From a bacterium (GTDB lineage: Bacteria; Fidelibacterota; Fidelibacteria; Fidelibacterales; Fidelibacteraceae): a DNA stretch of 64,000 bases. The notes beneath the pieces were generated by a model. That model saw nothing but the letters and a program-made list of their open reading frames with translations, was not told where the DNA came from and searched no databases. The number at the start of each line of letters is the position of its first letter. Position 1 is the stretch's first letter. Below are positions 9,961 to 20,302 of the stretch, piece by piece. The position numbers were made by a program, and so were the translations under genes. The stretch spans positions 2,047,586 to 2,111,585 of the forward strand of contig OY781066.1 of assembly GCA_963676395.1 (NCBI GenBank). Direction: 5' to 3'.

Positions 9961-10135
9961 AAGGGTATTTTAGATAATTATGATATTAAATAAAGTGATC
10001 TTTTAAGTTTGGTATAATGCGCAAGAATTCGATAATCTTTGCTTGGAACCCTGGATTATTAAACAGTACATATGCAATACTTATTAAGGAACATTATTTA
10101 TGGCCGGGTAGTATAGACACGCGGTAGAATTATTA

Positions 10136-10164
10136 TTGGCAATAGTGAATAAAAACGCTATATT
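10136..10164 (+). promoter_or_regulatory. candidate sigma70-type promoter for the ytfJ-like gene
   Basis: TTGGCA (10136-10141), 17 nt, TATATT (10159-10164). GGAGG RBS precedes the ATG at 10196. Confidence 0.45.
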
Positions 10165-10195
10165 TTTGAACTTAACTACCTAACAGGAGGGAAAA

Positions 10196-10723
10196 ATGAA
10201 AAAGTTATTGATCGTCGTATTGACTATCGTATGCCTTACCGGATTCGCTTTTGCAGACGCATTGGAAGTCGGTAAAAAACCTACTATGCTCATTCTTGAA
10301 GGAAAAGAGGGTGGTCGCTTGGATAAAACTTCCTGGTGCTCATGTGAGCTTGAGAACACGGCTTGGGTTGTATTTTATGTTGACCCTGATATGTCAGATA
10401 TGAATATAGCTGCTGAAGAAGCTTTGAACGCTTTGGATATTCCCAGCGAAAAACTTGAAAGCTGTGCAGTTATTAATTACAAAGGTACTAAACTTCCGGC
10501 ATTTGCGATCAATTTGGTATTGAAAAACAAACAGAAAAAATATCCCGGTACACTCTATTTAGCTGATAAAAAACATGTTTTAGTTGAAAAATGGGGTTTA
10601 ACGGATAATTCTTATTGTACATTGCTTTTTGATAAGAATGGTGTGCTTAGATACCGTTATGATGGAGCGATGGATGAAGCTGAGATTGCTAAATATATAA
10701 AAGCAATTCAGGATAATATCTAA
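10196..10723 (+). CDS. YtfJ-family periplasmic protein (thioredoxin-like fold)
   Basis: Signal peptide ending FAFA. Collinear with E. coli YtfJ as I recall it (W.S...L.GK, KKKYP, W.L......V.L.DK.G.V...). Confidence 0.6.
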   Translation: MKKLLIVVLTIVCLTGFAFADALEVGKKPTMLILEGKEGGRLDKTSWCSCELENTAWVVFYVDPDMSDMNIAAEEALNALDIPSEKLESCAVINYKGTKLPAFAINLVLKNKQKKYPGTLYLADKKHVLVEKWGLTDNSYCTLLFDKNGVLRYRYDGAMDEAEIAKYIKAIQDNI

Positions 10724-10738
10724 GAAAATTGTAAAGAG

Positions 10739-10764
10739 AGCGCGAGTAAAATCGCGCTTTTTTT
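10739..10764 (+). terminator. rho-independent terminator
   Basis: AGCGCGA / TCGCGCT 7-bp stem with a 6-nt loop, followed by TTTTTT. Confidence 0.75.
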
Positions 10765-10790
10765 CTAAACATTATAGTAGGAGTTAAAAT

Positions 10791-11231
10791 ATGGATGCTG
10801 CAACTGTTATCATTATTTGGTTCGTTGTTGGGCTTGTCCTTATCCTCCTGGAGTTCGTGATACCATCATTGGTGATCGTATTCTTTGGTTTGGGGGCGTG
10901 GGTATCGGCCATAGCTGTTGCCATATTCCCCGGAATGGCCTTTTGGGTTCAAATGATGATTTTTACAGTCTTTTCCGTACTTAGCCTTGTTCTTCTGCGC
11001 CGTGCTCTTAAAGAGCGTTTCTTTGCCGACCATGAAGGTGTAGATGATTATATCGGAAAAACCGCAGTTGTTGAAGTTGCCATTAAAGATGGAGAAGGCA
11101 AGGTCAATTACCGTGGTGTTTCATGGACAGCAGAAGCTAAAGAAGATATTCCTAAAGGCAGTAAAGTTAAGATTGTTGGTAAAGATTCTATTGTACTTAA
11201 TGTTGAAGCCTTGAAAAAGAATGATAAGTAA
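10791..11231 (+). CDS. NfeD-family membrane protein
   Basis: 146 aa. N-terminal TM helices plus a C-terminal OB-like soluble domain, immediately upstream of an SPFH gene (canonical NfeD-SPFH pair). Confidence 0.85.
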   Translation: MDAATVIIIWFVVGLVLILLEFVIPSLVIVFFGLGAWVSAIAVAIFPGMAFWVQMMIFTVFSVLSLVLLRRALKERFFADHEGVDDYIGKTAVVEVAIKDGEGKVNYRGVSWTAEAKEDIPKGSKVKIVGKDSIVLNVEALKKNDK

Positions 11232-11272
11232 TTAATTAGGCATTAATTAGCTAATAAATAAAGGAGTTAGAC

Positions 11273-12223
11273 ATGTCACCCGTATTAACAGTAGTATGGA
11301 TAGGTTTATTTATATTTGTATTGGTCATCCTGGGTAAATCGATTCGGATCGTTCCTCAAAAATCAGCTTTTATTATTGAGAGATTGGGTAAATATAAAAA
11401 GACATTGATGGCAGGTTTTCATGTGTTGGTACCGCTTGTTGATCGTGTAGCATATAAGCATACATTAAAAGAACAAGCACTTGACGTTGCTTCGCAGATA
11501 TGTATTACAAAAGATAACATTTCCGTTGAAGTCGATGGTATTTTGTACCTTCAAGTTATGGATGCCATGAAATCATCTTATGGTATTGATGATTACCAAT
11601 TTGCTTCTACTCAGCTTGCACAGACAACCATGCGTTCAATTATTGGTAAAATGGAGTTGGATAAAACGTTTGAAGAGCGTGATGCTATTAACACCTCAAT
11701 TGTGGATGCTGTTGATAAAGCTTCTGATCCTTGGGGTGTAAAAGTCACTCGTTATGAAGTCAAGAATATTACACCTCCTCAGAGCATTAAGGATGCAATG
11801 GAAAAACAGATGCGTGCCGAACGTGAAAAACGTGCATTGATCGCTGAATCTGAAGGTGATAAGCAAGCCAAGATCAATCGTGCCGAAGGTGCAAAACAAG
11901 AATTGATCGCTAAATCTGAGGGTGAAAAACAACGTAGGATCAACGAGGCTGAAGGACGTGCTGCAGAGATTGAAAAGGTTGCCGTAGCTACCGCGATGGG
12001 GCTTAAAGAGATTGCAACGTCTATTAACGCTAAAGGCGGAGCTGATGCGGTTAATCTTCGTATTGCAGAACAATATATTGGTGAGTTTGGTAAGCTTGCG
12101 AAAACCAATAATACCATGATCCTCCCGGCTGAAATGTCGAATATTGCTTCTGTCGTCGCAACGGTTGGTAAGGTTTTTGATGAAACTAAAAATAAAGATA
12201 CAAAGGTTCCGATTAAGAAATAA
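11273..12223 (+). CDS. SPFH/band-7 (stomatin-like) protein
   Basis: [28 protein letters not shown] and a C-terminal AE/K-rich coiled-coil region. Confidence 0.9.
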   Translation: MSPVLTVVWIGLFIFVLVILGKSIRIVPQKSAFIIERLGKYKKTLMAGFHVLVPLVDRVAYKHTLKEQALDVASQICITKDNISVEVDGILYLQVMDAMKSSYGIDDYQFASTQLAQTTMRSIIGKMELDKTFEERDAINTSIVDAVDKASDPWGVKVTRYEVKNITPPQSIKDAMEKQMRAEREKRALIAESEGDKQAKINRAEGAKQELIAKSEGEKQRRINEAEGRAAEIEKVAVATAMGLKEIATSINAKGGADAVNLRIAEQYIGEFGKLAKTNNTMILPAEMSNIASVVATVGKVFDETKNKDTKVPIKK

Positions 12224-12645
12224 TGAAATCTTTTACTGAACATCTTACTCTTACAGTTCCTTCGCGAATGGATTTTGTAAATATCACACCTAGTATTAGA
12301 GAATGTTTGAAAAAATCAGGTATTCAAGAAGGTCTTTGTTTGGTAAATGCCATGCATATTACCGCTTCGGTTTTTATTAATGATGATGAACCGGGTTTAC
12401 ATGCCGACTACAAAAAATGGTTGGAAGATCTGGCCCCATTTGACCCTTCTCCCATGAGATATAATCATAATCGTACCGGAGAGGATAATGGTGACGCACA
12501 CCATAAGCGACAAATTATGGGCCGTGAAGTTGTTGTTGCCGTTACCGAAGGTCGTTTGGATTTTGGCCCTTGGGAGCAGATTTTTTACGGAGAATTTGAT
12601 GGACGTAGACCCAAAAGGATCCTTGTGAAGATTATCGGAGAGTAA
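12223..12645 (+). CDS. YjbQ/UPF0047 family protein (secondary thiamine-phosphate synthase-like)
   Basis: [41 protein letters not shown]. 140 aa. Confidence 0.9.
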   Translation: MKSFTEHLTLTVPSRMDFVNITPSIRECLKKSGIQEGLCLVNAMHITASVFINDDEPGLHADYKKWLEDLAPFDPSPMRYNHNRTGEDNGDAHHKRQIMGREVVVAVTEGRLDFGPWEQIFYGEFDGRRPKRILVKIIGE

Positions 12646-12883
12646 GATTATTAAGGTAAAAGTAGAAGAAAAGTATAATGCCCTGTTCGTTTGAGCGGGG
12701 CTTTTTAAATGATAGAAGTCTGTTTTTGCTAAGCTTCTACGGACAGATAAACTCCAATAAACAAAAAAATACAAGATGAAGGTGCAAATAATAAAGGCGG
12801 GAGTGTTCTTTCTTCTTTGTTACTTTAATCTTTTGTTCTAAGACTAAGGTTCTAGCTTGAACTTGAACTCGATAACACCGATA

Positions 12884-12912
12884 ATTCTTAACTCTCAATT
12901 TTAATTCTTAAT
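12884..12912 (-). repeat. short low-complexity intergenic motif, inverted copy
   Basis: The reverse complement contains ATTAAGAAT (12912..12904) and TTGAGAGTTAAG (12898..12887), the same 12-mer as at 8966. Confidence 0.25.
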
Positions 12913-12926
12913 TTCATAAATATCGC

Positions 12927-12955
12927 TTGACTGACAGCATCTTATTAGATATATT
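12927..12955 (+). promoter_or_regulatory. candidate sigma70-type promoter for rplU-rpmA
   Basis: TTGACT (12927-12932), 17 nt, TATATT (12950-12955), about 48 nt upstream of the rplU ATG. Confidence 0.5.
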
Positions 12956-13003
12956 TATCGGCTGTTTGTGATGCAGAAGTAAAAGAAATAGGAAACAAAT
13001 AAA

Positions 13004-13390
13004 ATGTATGCAATCGTAGAGATCAGTGGAAAGCAATTTAAAGTGGCGAAATCAGACGTTGTAAAGGTTCCCTTACAGAACGCCGCAGCTAAAGATAAAC
13101 TTAAATTCGCAAATGTTTTGCTTGTAGACGATAAAGGCAAAGTCGAAATCGGCACACCTTTCGTTAAAAATGCAAAAGTTGCTGCTACCGTCGTTGAACA
13201 CGGCCGTGACAGAAAAGTCATCGTATTTAAGAAAAAACGTCGTAAAGACTATAAAGTTAAACGCGGACATCGTCAGGGTTACACAATGATCAAGATCGAT
13301 TCGATCACGATCGCTAAACCTAAAGAAGCAGCTCCTAAAAAGGCAGCCCCTAAGAAGAGCGAAACAGCAAAAAAGACTGAAAAGGAATAA
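13004..13390 (+). CDS. rplU: 50S ribosomal protein L21 with a Lys/Ala/Pro-rich C-terminal extension
   Basis: MYAIVEISGKQFKV, VIVFKKKRRKDYKVKRGHRQ. The tail is AKPKEAAPKKAAPKKSETAKKTEKE. Confidence 0.95.
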   Translation: MYAIVEISGKQFKVAKSDVVKVPLQNAAAKDKLKFANVLLVDDKGKVEIGTPFVKNAKVAATVVEHGRDRKVIVFKKKRRKDYKVKRGHRQGYTMIKIDSITIAKPKEAAPKKAAPKKSETAKKTEKE

Positions 13391-13393
13391 GCA

Positions 13394-13645
13394 ATGGCAC
13401 ATAAGAAAGGTCAAGGTAGCTCGAATAACGGTCGCGATTCAAACCCACAATACCTGGGTGTCAAACGCTATGGTGGTCAATTTGTAACAGCCGGCACAAT
13501 TATTGTAAGACAGCGTGGAACAAAGTTTTTCCCCGGTGATAATGCTAAGATCGGTGGTGATGACACTATCTTTGCTACAGCCGATGGTACTGTCGAATTT
13601 CATACTCGCCGCGGTCGCAAAATGGTAAACATTCTTACCGCCTAA
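13394..13645 (+). CDS. rpmA: 50S ribosomal protein L27
   Basis: [28 protein letters not shown]...[10 protein letters not shown]. Confidence 0.97.
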   Translation: MAHKKGQGSSNNGRDSNPQYLGVKRYGGQFVTAGTIIVRQRGTKFFPGDNAKIGGDDTIFATADGTVEFHTRRGRKMVNILTA

Positions 13646-13668
13646 GTAAGAAGCTACACATACTATTT

Positions 13669-13698
13669 AAGCCCTGTCCTTGAGATGGGGCTTTTTTT
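13669..13698 (+). terminator. rho-independent terminator after rpmA
   Basis: AAGCCC / GGGCTT stem (extendable with wobble pairs), followed by a T7 run. Confidence 0.6.
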
Positions 13699-13818
13699 AT
13701 CAATTGAAAATTGATAAAAGTTTGATTTACTCCCAATATTCTAATCTCACATACTTTTTTATTTTCCTTTTAACTTTTTCCATGTTTGGTTAAATTTCTT
13801 AAAAGGAAAAGAGACACT

Positions 13819-14343
13819 ATGAAAAAAGATAATAAAAAGAAAAATTTCGAACAGATGTGGGCACCTTGGCGAATGGAGTATATTAAAACTCCAAAAGAGA
13901 ATAAGCCAAAGGGATGTATTTTTTGTAATAAACCAAAAGAAGATAGTGATAGAGAAAATCTGATACTATATAAGGGGAAAACGGTATTTGTGATTATGAA
14001 TCGCTATCCCTACAATAATGGTCATCTTATGGTTGTACCTTATCGTCATTTGTCTGATTATAATGCATTGACAGAAGAAGAGTTATTGGAGATTGCTAAA
14101 GTGACTCAAATGACTCTTGATATATTAAAGCGAAACATGCATCCTCAGGGTTTTAATGTAGGCTTTAACTTAGGGGAATCTGCGGGGGCAGGCATTGCGG
14201 AACATATTCATCAACATATTGTTCCCAGGTGGACTGGTGATACAAATTTTATGCCTGTGCTTTGTCATACAAAAGTGTTGGTTGATGGTTTATGTGAATG
14301 TTGGGATGAACTACGGTCTGAGTTTGACAAGTACGCAATGTAG
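13819..14343 (+). CDS. HIT-family nucleotide hydrolase/transferase
   Basis: WAPWRMEYI and histidine triad HIHQHIVPRW. ATG 13819 has an AGGAAAAGAG RBS; the ORF-track TTG at 13786 has none. Confidence 0.85.
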   Translation: MKKDNKKKNFEQMWAPWRMEYIKTPKENKPKGCIFCNKPKEDSDRENLILYKGKTVFVIMNRYPYNNGHLMVVPYRHLSDYNALTEEELLEIAKVTQMTLDILKRNMHPQGFNVGFNLGESAGAGIAEHIHQHIVPRWTGDTNFMPVLCHTKVLVDGLCECWDELRSEFDKYAM

Positions 14344-14406
14344 TGATCCGGAGATGCAATGAATTGTATTTCTGATGCGTGTAAAATCAATATATAATGT
14401 AATTTG

Positions 14407-15234
14407 ATGAAAATTAGAAAACCTGCTGTCGCCGGTCAATTTTATCCCGGGAGTGAACATGAGTTAAGATCGATGCTCGAAAATATGTTCATGATAGTGG
14501 AAAAAGATAAAAAAAATATTCATCAGCATGTTTCGGGCATAATTGCTCCACATGCCGGCTATGTATATTCCGGAATACAGGCTGCAAAAGCATATCAATA
14601 CATAAAACATCTCAATTATGATCTGGTTTGCATCATATCTCCATCACATAGGAGTTACTTTCAGGGTGTTTCGGTATATCCGCATGATGCCTATGCAACA
14701 CCATTGGGACTATGTAAAATACATAAAGAAGCTCGCCAATTGCTTTTGGATGGGCAATATGTGAACAATGCACCTCAACCACATGCCGGTGAACATGCTT
14801 TAGAAGTTCAATTGCCTTTTATACAATTTTGTTTGGGTAATATTCCCATTCTTCCTTTGATCATGGGAGATCAAGGACCTGAAAATATTGATCTTCTTGC
14901 AAAGGAATTAAAGGAATTGTTCTTATATTATGGTGATAGAATTCTCTTTATTGCTTCGACAGATCTTTCACATTTTTATCCATTAGAATTTGCACAACAT
15001 AAAGATCTGATGTTTGTTGATTTGCTGAAAAAAGCGGATGCCGCCTTACTTCTTGAAAAATTAACAGAAGAAAGTGTGGAAGCATGTGGAAGTGGTCCTC
15101 TTTTAGCTTTAATGAAGGCGTTGAATATAGATAAAGAGCATATTAGCACATTGGGATATTCTCATTCGGGGCAAGTCTCGGGTGATAACTCCAGCGTGGT
15201 AGGGTACTGTTCGGCTCTTTTATTTAAAAACTAA
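14407..15234 (+). CDS. MEMO1-family protein (AmmeMemoRadiSam system protein B-like)
   Basis: PAVAGQFYPG, APHAGYVYSG, STDLSH. The ATG at 14407 follows an in-frame TTG at 14404. Confidence 0.8.
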   Translation: MKIRKPAVAGQFYPGSEHELRSMLENMFMIVEKDKKNIHQHVSGIIAPHAGYVYSGIQAAKAYQYIKHLNYDLVCIISPSHRSYFQGVSVYPHDAYATPLGLCKIHKEARQLLLDGQYVNNAPQPHAGEHALEVQLPFIQFCLGNIPILPLIMGDQGPENIDLLAKELKELFLYYGDRILFIASTDLSHFYPLEFAQHKDLMFVDLLKKADAALLLEKLTEESVEACGSGPLLALMKALNIDKEHISTLGYSHSGQVSGDNSSVVGYCSALLFKN

Positions 15235-15242
15235 GGAAGAAG

Positions 15243-16208
15243 ATGATCAAGCTTATACGATTTAATGAAAGCGAACACAAATTTTGGGATAAATTTGTTC
15301 AAGAAGCAAACAATGGAACGATTTTTCATGAGCGAAAGTTTTTAAATTATCATCCAAAAGAACGCTTTAATGATCATTCTTTGATTTTTATGGAAAAAAA
15401 TAAACCCATTGCTCTTTTTCCGGCTGTTGATATAATGTTAGAAGGAAAACGCACCTTATTATCGCATCGGGGATCATCATATGGGGGAGTTGTACAGCCT
15501 GTAAGTCAAGGTGTCGAGAAAAATGTAAAGATTGTAAAAGCCTTGTCTAAATATGCAAAGCAAGAAGGTTTTGAAGTCGTGACAATGACCTTACCTCCTG
15601 ATATCTACAATCAGCAATTGAACAATTATCTGGAGTTTGCTTGTTTTCTTGAAGGATATCACTATCAAAAACGTGAAATATCTTCAGTATTAAAATTGGA
15701 AGACAATATTGAAGATAATATCGCCAAATTTAAAAGTACGCATCGAACCGCTTATCGTCGCGGAGAAAAAATGGGTGTGCTTGTTAAAGAAACCGAAGAT
15801 TATGAATCGTTTTACGCAATTCTTGAGAATAATTTAAATATTCGCCATGGCGTAAAACCAACGCATACTTTGGATGAGTTGAAAGATCTAAAGTCTAGGT
15901 ATCCTGAGCGTATTCGTCTTTATGGGGCTTTTGTAGATAACACTATGATCGCCGGTTTAGTCATGTTTGATGCCAATAAATTAGTGACATTGGCTTTCTA
16001 TATATCACATGATGAGACTTATCAAGAATATCGTGGTGTGAATGTTCTATTTAAAGAGGTGATAGCCGATAGTATTAAACGGGGATTTCATTATTTGGAT
16101 TATGGAATATTTACCGTGAATCAGGAACCAAATTACGGATTGGCAAGATTTAAAGAAAATTTTGGCTCAGGGGGTGTTTTTAGGGATACCCTAAAATTGA
16201 TGATCTAA
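15243..16208 (+). CDS. FemAB-like / GNAT-fold acyltransferase
   Basis: 321 aa. C-terminal YLDYG...GLARFKENFG resembles the FemAB/BioF2-like acetyltransferase signature. AAGGAAG RBS. Confidence 0.55.
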   Translation: MIKLIRFNESEHKFWDKFVQEANNGTIFHERKFLNYHPKERFNDHSLIFMEKNKPIALFPAVDIMLEGKRTLLSHRGSSYGGVVQPVSQGVEKNVKIVKALSKYAKQEGFEVVTMTLPPDIYNQQLNNYLEFACFLEGYHYQKREISSVLKLEDNIEDNIAKFKSTHRTAYRRGEKMGVLVKETEDYESFYAILENNLNIRHGVKPTHTLDELKDLKSRYPERIRLYGAFVDNTMIAGLVMFDANKLVTLAFYISHDETYQEYRGVNVLFKEVIADSIKRGFHYLDYGIFTVNQEPNYGLARFKENFGSGGVFRDTLKLMI

Positions 16209-16247
16209 GATTAAAGATTGAACGATAGACTGCATAATTGAGGAAGT

Positions 16248-17678
16248 ATGATAAAACAAGATATCATTCGCTTAAGTAAACAAACGATCGTCTATGGCAT
16301 TGGCTATGTTGCGGCACGTATGATCAATTTTTTATTGCTGCCTTTTTATTCTTATCATATTACACCTGAGGAGTATGGTGTAGTTTCATTGGTTTATGCC
16401 TTTATCGCATTTTTGAATATTTTTTATCACTATGGACTGGAAAGCGCTTTTTTGCGTTTTTATACCAAGTCTGATGAAGAAGGTAAAAAAGAGGTCTTTA
16501 CTACCGTTTATTCGTCTTTAGTAATTACTTCTGTCGCCTTTTCATTGATCATATTTCTTGCTGCGCCGGCAATTGCAAAAGGTATATTGCATTCACTGGT
16601 TTATACCAATGTTATACGCATGACAGCCGGTATTTTATTTTTGGATTCAATGTTCTTGATTCCCTTACATTATTTACGCATTAACAATAAAGCAGCCATA
16701 TTTACTACAATTACTCTCATCAATGTATTGATCAATGTTTCATTAAATATTATTTTGATACGATATAAAGGAATGGGGATCGAGGCGGTATTTATTTCAA
16801 ATTTAGTTGCTTCGTGTTTTTCCTTCTTGGTGCTTTTACCGGTCGTCGTTAAAAATTGGAATGGGAAGTATTCAGGTGGTTTATGGAAAAAGCTGATTCT
16901 GTTTGGTTTGCCCTTTGTTCCCAGCGGATTATCAAGCATGTTGATCGAGTTAAGTGATAGGTTTATGCTGGAATGGATGCGTGGTATGGAAGATGTGGGG
17001 CTTTATTCGGCAGGACATAAATTAGGCATTTTTATGATGTTAATCGTTATGGCTTTTCGCTTTGCCTGGCAACCATTTTTTCTGCAGAAACAAAATGATC
17101 CCAATGCTCCCGAATTATTCTCAAAGATCATGACTTGGTTTGTGTTTTTAATGACCCTTGTTTTTCTTGGGGTATCATTTTTTATAAAGGAGATCGTTGC
17201 TTTAGAAATATTCGGTCGACATATTATTGCCGAAAGCTACTGGTCCGGTATTGTTGTAGTACCGCTTATTCTTGCGGCTTATTTGTTTAACGGCATCTAT
17301 ATTAACTTCCATCCATCAATATTTTATACCGGAAAAACTTGGGTGATTTCTATCGTTGTGGGGATTGCCGCGTTGATCAATATCGGGTTTAATTTAATTC
17401 TTATTCCTAATGTAGGCATGATCGGAGCCGGTATTTCATCTTTATCGGCATATGTATTTATGGCAATATCAACCTATTTAATTGTTCGTAATTGGATAAA
17501 GGTTCCTTATGAATGGTTGAGATTAGGTACAATGTTTATTTTAACACTAATACTAACACTATTATATTTTATTTACGGTATACCCAATCCTTGGATGCGT
17601 TTTGCTGTGATCCTTATCTATTCAATTATCATGTTAATCATATTATTCCCAAGAAAAAAAGAGGCTCTCATTGAGTAA
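16248..17678 (+). CDS. MOP-superfamily polysaccharide flippase (Wzx-like), copy 1
   Basis: 476 aa, about 12-14 TM helices. Polysaccharide-biosynthesis-protein N-terminal pattern (VYGIGYVAARMINFLLLPFYS). Confidence 0.75.
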   Translation: MIKQDIIRLSKQTIVYGIGYVAARMINFLLLPFYSYHITPEEYGVVSLVYAFIAFLNIFYHYGLESAFLRFYTKSDEEGKKEVFTTVYSSLVITSVAFSLIIFLAAPAIAKGILHSLVYTNVIRMTAGILFLDSMFLIPLHYLRINNKAAIFTTITLINVLINVSLNIILIRYKGMGIEAVFISNLVASCFSFLVLLPVVVKNWNGKYSGGLWKKLILFGLPFVPSGLSSMLIELSDRFMLEWMRGMEDVGLYSAGHKLGIFMMLIVMAFRFAWQPFFLQKQNDPNAPELFSKIMTWFVFLMTLVFLGVSFFIKEIVALEIFGRHIIAESYWSGIVVVPLILAAYLFNGIYINFHPSIFYTGKTWVISIVVGIAALINIGFNLILIPNVGMIGAGISSLSAYVFMAISTYLIVRNWIKVPYEWLRLGTMFILTLILTLLYFIYGIPNPWMRFAVILIYSIIMLIILFPRKKEALIE

Positions 17679-19107
17679 ACGGCTCCTGAAAGATTCCATG
17701 ATCTATACCGGCGGAAATGTCATTGCACGTGGTTTGAATTTTATTATTCAAGTTACAATATGGTCAAATTTGTTTCCACCTGAAGCCTATGGACAATTAG
17801 CTTATTGTTATGTATTTATTTCATTTATGGCGGTAATTCTTCCCTTTGGTATGGATGCCGCATTTATGAATTATTATGTAAGGGGTAAAGATAAAGCCTC
17901 TTATCTCAAGAATACGCTGTTTTTTATTTCAATAATTGCGATGATCTTTGTGTTGTTTGCACTGATATTTAAACAACGGCTTTCTCCTCTTTTTCTTCGG
18001 ACCAATGCAGCTGAACTGTTTGTGCTTTCTTTGGCTATTCTCTTTTTTGATATTCTTAACAATATGGGAATGCTCTATCTTCGTGCCGAGGGAAAAGCCA
18101 TAAGCTCGGTTGTTTTACAAAATATTGAGATTATTGTACGTTTGGTATTGCTGCTAATGCTCATATTTTTTGTGGGCGAAAATATTAAATATATACTATG
18201 GGCAAATGTCGGGTCTTCTGCGTTGCTTTTTAGCATATTTATGATTTTACTTTTACCAAGAATTCGGGGCGCGGTCATTTCTAAAGATGTTATCAAAGAA
18301 CTACTTATCTTTGCTCTTCCATTTTTAATATCGGGTATTTTCGATAGGACTATTGAATTGGCAGATCGCCGATTAATTGGTTATTACATGGGGGATGAAG
18401 CGACGGGGTTGTATGTTGCTTCATATACCGTTGCCGTATTGATGCGATTGCTTGTTTATAGTTTTAATGCTGGATGGCAACCGTATTTTTTGAGTCGAAT
18501 TGATAAAGAGGGTGGAAGAGAAGAGCTGGAAAGCTTATATACCAGAGCAGGGATCATATTTATTAGTGTATGGTTTCTGGCTGCGGTCTGGGTGCCTATT
18601 CTTATAAAGATCCCCATTGGACATAATAGGTATGTGCTTCATCCGTCATATTGGGAGGGCATAAGCATCATTCCGGTCATTATGGGAGCTTATGTTGCCA
18701 TGGGTTTGTATTTTTTACAATTACCCTCGTTGTATTATTATAAAAGAACCGGATTAAATGCCGTGTTCATTGGCATTGGTGCCGCAGTAAATGTAATTTT
18801 AAATATTATATTGATCCCTGTCTTAGGAATAATAGGTGCAGCTGTTTCCACTTTGGTTTCATACGGAACCATGGCTTCGATCATGAGAATTTGGGTCCTT
18901 TCGAAAACAAAAATTGTTCATCAGGATTTTAAATTACCTGGGGTAGTGGGCTTAGCTTTAATCTTATATATAAATCTTGGTTTACTTCCTATCGGTTTAG
19001 GTGCTAAGGCCTTGGTCTCATTGATCTATGTTGTTATTGTAATATTTTTAATGCCCAAAAAAGATTCAGAAAATAAAAAACGTATATCTGAAAGAAATAA
19101 AGATTAA
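17671..19107 (+). CDS. MOP-superfamily polysaccharide flippase (Wzx-like), copy 2
   Basis: 478 aa and multi-TM, with the same architecture as copy 1. TTG start overlaps the upstream stop by 8 nt; the alternative ATG is at 17698. Confidence 0.7.
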   Translation: MSKRLLKDSMIYTGGNVIARGLNFIIQVTIWSNLFPPEAYGQLAYCYVFISFMAVILPFGMDAAFMNYYVRGKDKASYLKNTLFFISIIAMIFVLFALIFKQRLSPLFLRTNAAELFVLSLAILFFDILNNMGMLYLRAEGKAISSVVLQNIEIIVRLVLLLMLIFFVGENIKYILWANVGSSALLFSIFMILLLPRIRGAVISKDVIKELLIFALPFLISGIFDRTIELADRRLIGYYMGDEATGLYVASYTVAVLMRLLVYSFNAGWQPYFLSRIDKEGGREELESLYTRAGIIFISVWFLAAVWVPILIKIPIGHNRYVLHPSYWEGISIIPVIMGAYVAMGLYFLQLPSLYYYKRTGLNAVFIGIGAAVNVILNIILIPVLGIIGAAVSTLVSYGTMASIMRIWVLSKTKIVHQDFKLPGVVGLALILYINLGLLPIGLGAKALVSLIYVVIVIFLMPKKDSENKKRISERNKD

Positions 19108-19149
19108 TAAAGAGAAATATTCCAAAAGTTGAGAACTATTTTTTTGAAC

Positions 19150-20301
19150 CTAATTTTTTAATAGATCATCGTATAATTGTTCTAGAGATCTTATAATTAC
19201 CCTTTTATCAAATCGTTTTATAGCATCTTTGCGGATAATGTCTTTATCATAACGTTTGATATTTAAGATCATATCTTTCATGGCATTTTGTAATGCTTTA
19301 AGATCATTTGTAGGGACGATCAATCCGTTTTCAGGTGTGATTATGTCATTAGCACCACCTACATTCCCCCCGATGACCGGTATACCGCAGGATAAAGCTT
19401 CGATAAGCGTAACACCAAAGGTCTCCATCTCAGAATAAAGCAAACAAACATCAGCTTGTTGCATGTTCCTCAAGACCTCCTCTTTTCCAGTTTTTTGGAT
19501 AAATTTTATTTGTCGGGATAAACTTAGTTCTTGTGCAAGTTTTAATAGAGATTTAGCCTCCGGACCATCACCGACGATAATGAGTTTTGACAAATAATTA
19601 TTTCCAACTGTCATGAATGCTTCAAGGATCTTGTCAATTTGCTTTTCAGGTCGTAGCATTGCAACAACCACAAATGTGAAGCGGTCATTTATGTTTTTGT
19701 TTTTGTCAGGAAGAAAAAAATCCGTATCAACCATATTGGGGATAATCTTGGAGCTTTCAGGGACTTTAAATTGTTTTTTTATAGCCTCCATAACGGCCGT
19801 AGAGGGTGTTACAAGGCATTGAATATGGTCATAGGTATATTGGATCAATTTATGTTGAAATGCGTCAAAACCATCATCTAACAAGAATTCTTTGATATGC
19901 TCAGAAACGATAATAGGTATTCCCAAATTCATTTCACATAATGCCGCACCGGCCCAGAGTGATGAGTGAACGTGAAAAAGCTCAGGTTTCCCCTCTTGTT
20001 GCATAGCTTTATTGAGTAGTGATTTAAATGCCTCTTTATATCGTTCATAGAATTTAGGATAATTCCCCGGATGTTGATTCATCAGGATATGTTGGTATGT
20101 TTTCACTCCTTGCTGTTGATAGATCTTTTTTCCCAGATCAGTACGAGATTTAAAAATGGAGCGTAAGGATATGATTTCGGTGCTTACAATTGTAACATCA
20201 TGCCCCGCTTCCGCTAATTTTTCGGCATGGTCCTTAAAAAAAGTTCCGTTAATGGGATTACTGGGGTAGGGATACCATGAGGGAATGATAAATATTTTCA
20301 T
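19150..20301 (-). CDS. glycosyltransferase family 4 (GT-B fold)
   Basis: 383 aa. C-terminal ETFGVTLIEALSCGIPVI (E-x7-E type GT4 motif). Confidence 0.85.
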   Translation of the reverse strand: MKIFIIPSWYPYPSNPINGTFFKDHAEKLAEAGHDVTIVSTEIISLRSIFKSRTDLGKKIYQQQGVKTYQHILMNQHPGNYPKFYERYKEAFKSLLNKAMQQEGKPELFHVHSSLWAGAALCEMNLGIPIIVSEHIKEFLLDDGFDAFQHKLIQYTYDHIQCLVTPSTAVMEAIKKQFKVPESSKIIPNMVDTDFFLPDKNKNINDRFTFVVVAMLRPEKQIDKILEAFMTVGNNYLSKLIIVGDGPEAKSLLKLAQELSLSRQIKFIQKTGKEEVLRNMQQADVCLLYSEMETFGVTLIEALSCGIPVIGGNVGGANDIITPENGLIVPTNDLKALQNAMKDMILNIKRYDKDIIRKDAIKRFDKRVIIRSLEQLYDDLLKN

Positions 20302-20302
20302 T

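Noticed and set aside
11696-12243. ORFs of 125 aa and 154 aa on the minus strand.
   Set aside because: They are entirely antisense to the well-supported SPFH gene, and their products are low-complexity Ser/Ala/Phe-rich mirror translations.
13786-13818. The TTG-initiated 11-residue extension of the HIT gene, and similar TTG or GTG extensions at 14404, 26112, 27743 and 42843.
   Set aside because: In each case a downstream ATG has a purine-rich RBS at proper spacing, while the upstream alternative has none.
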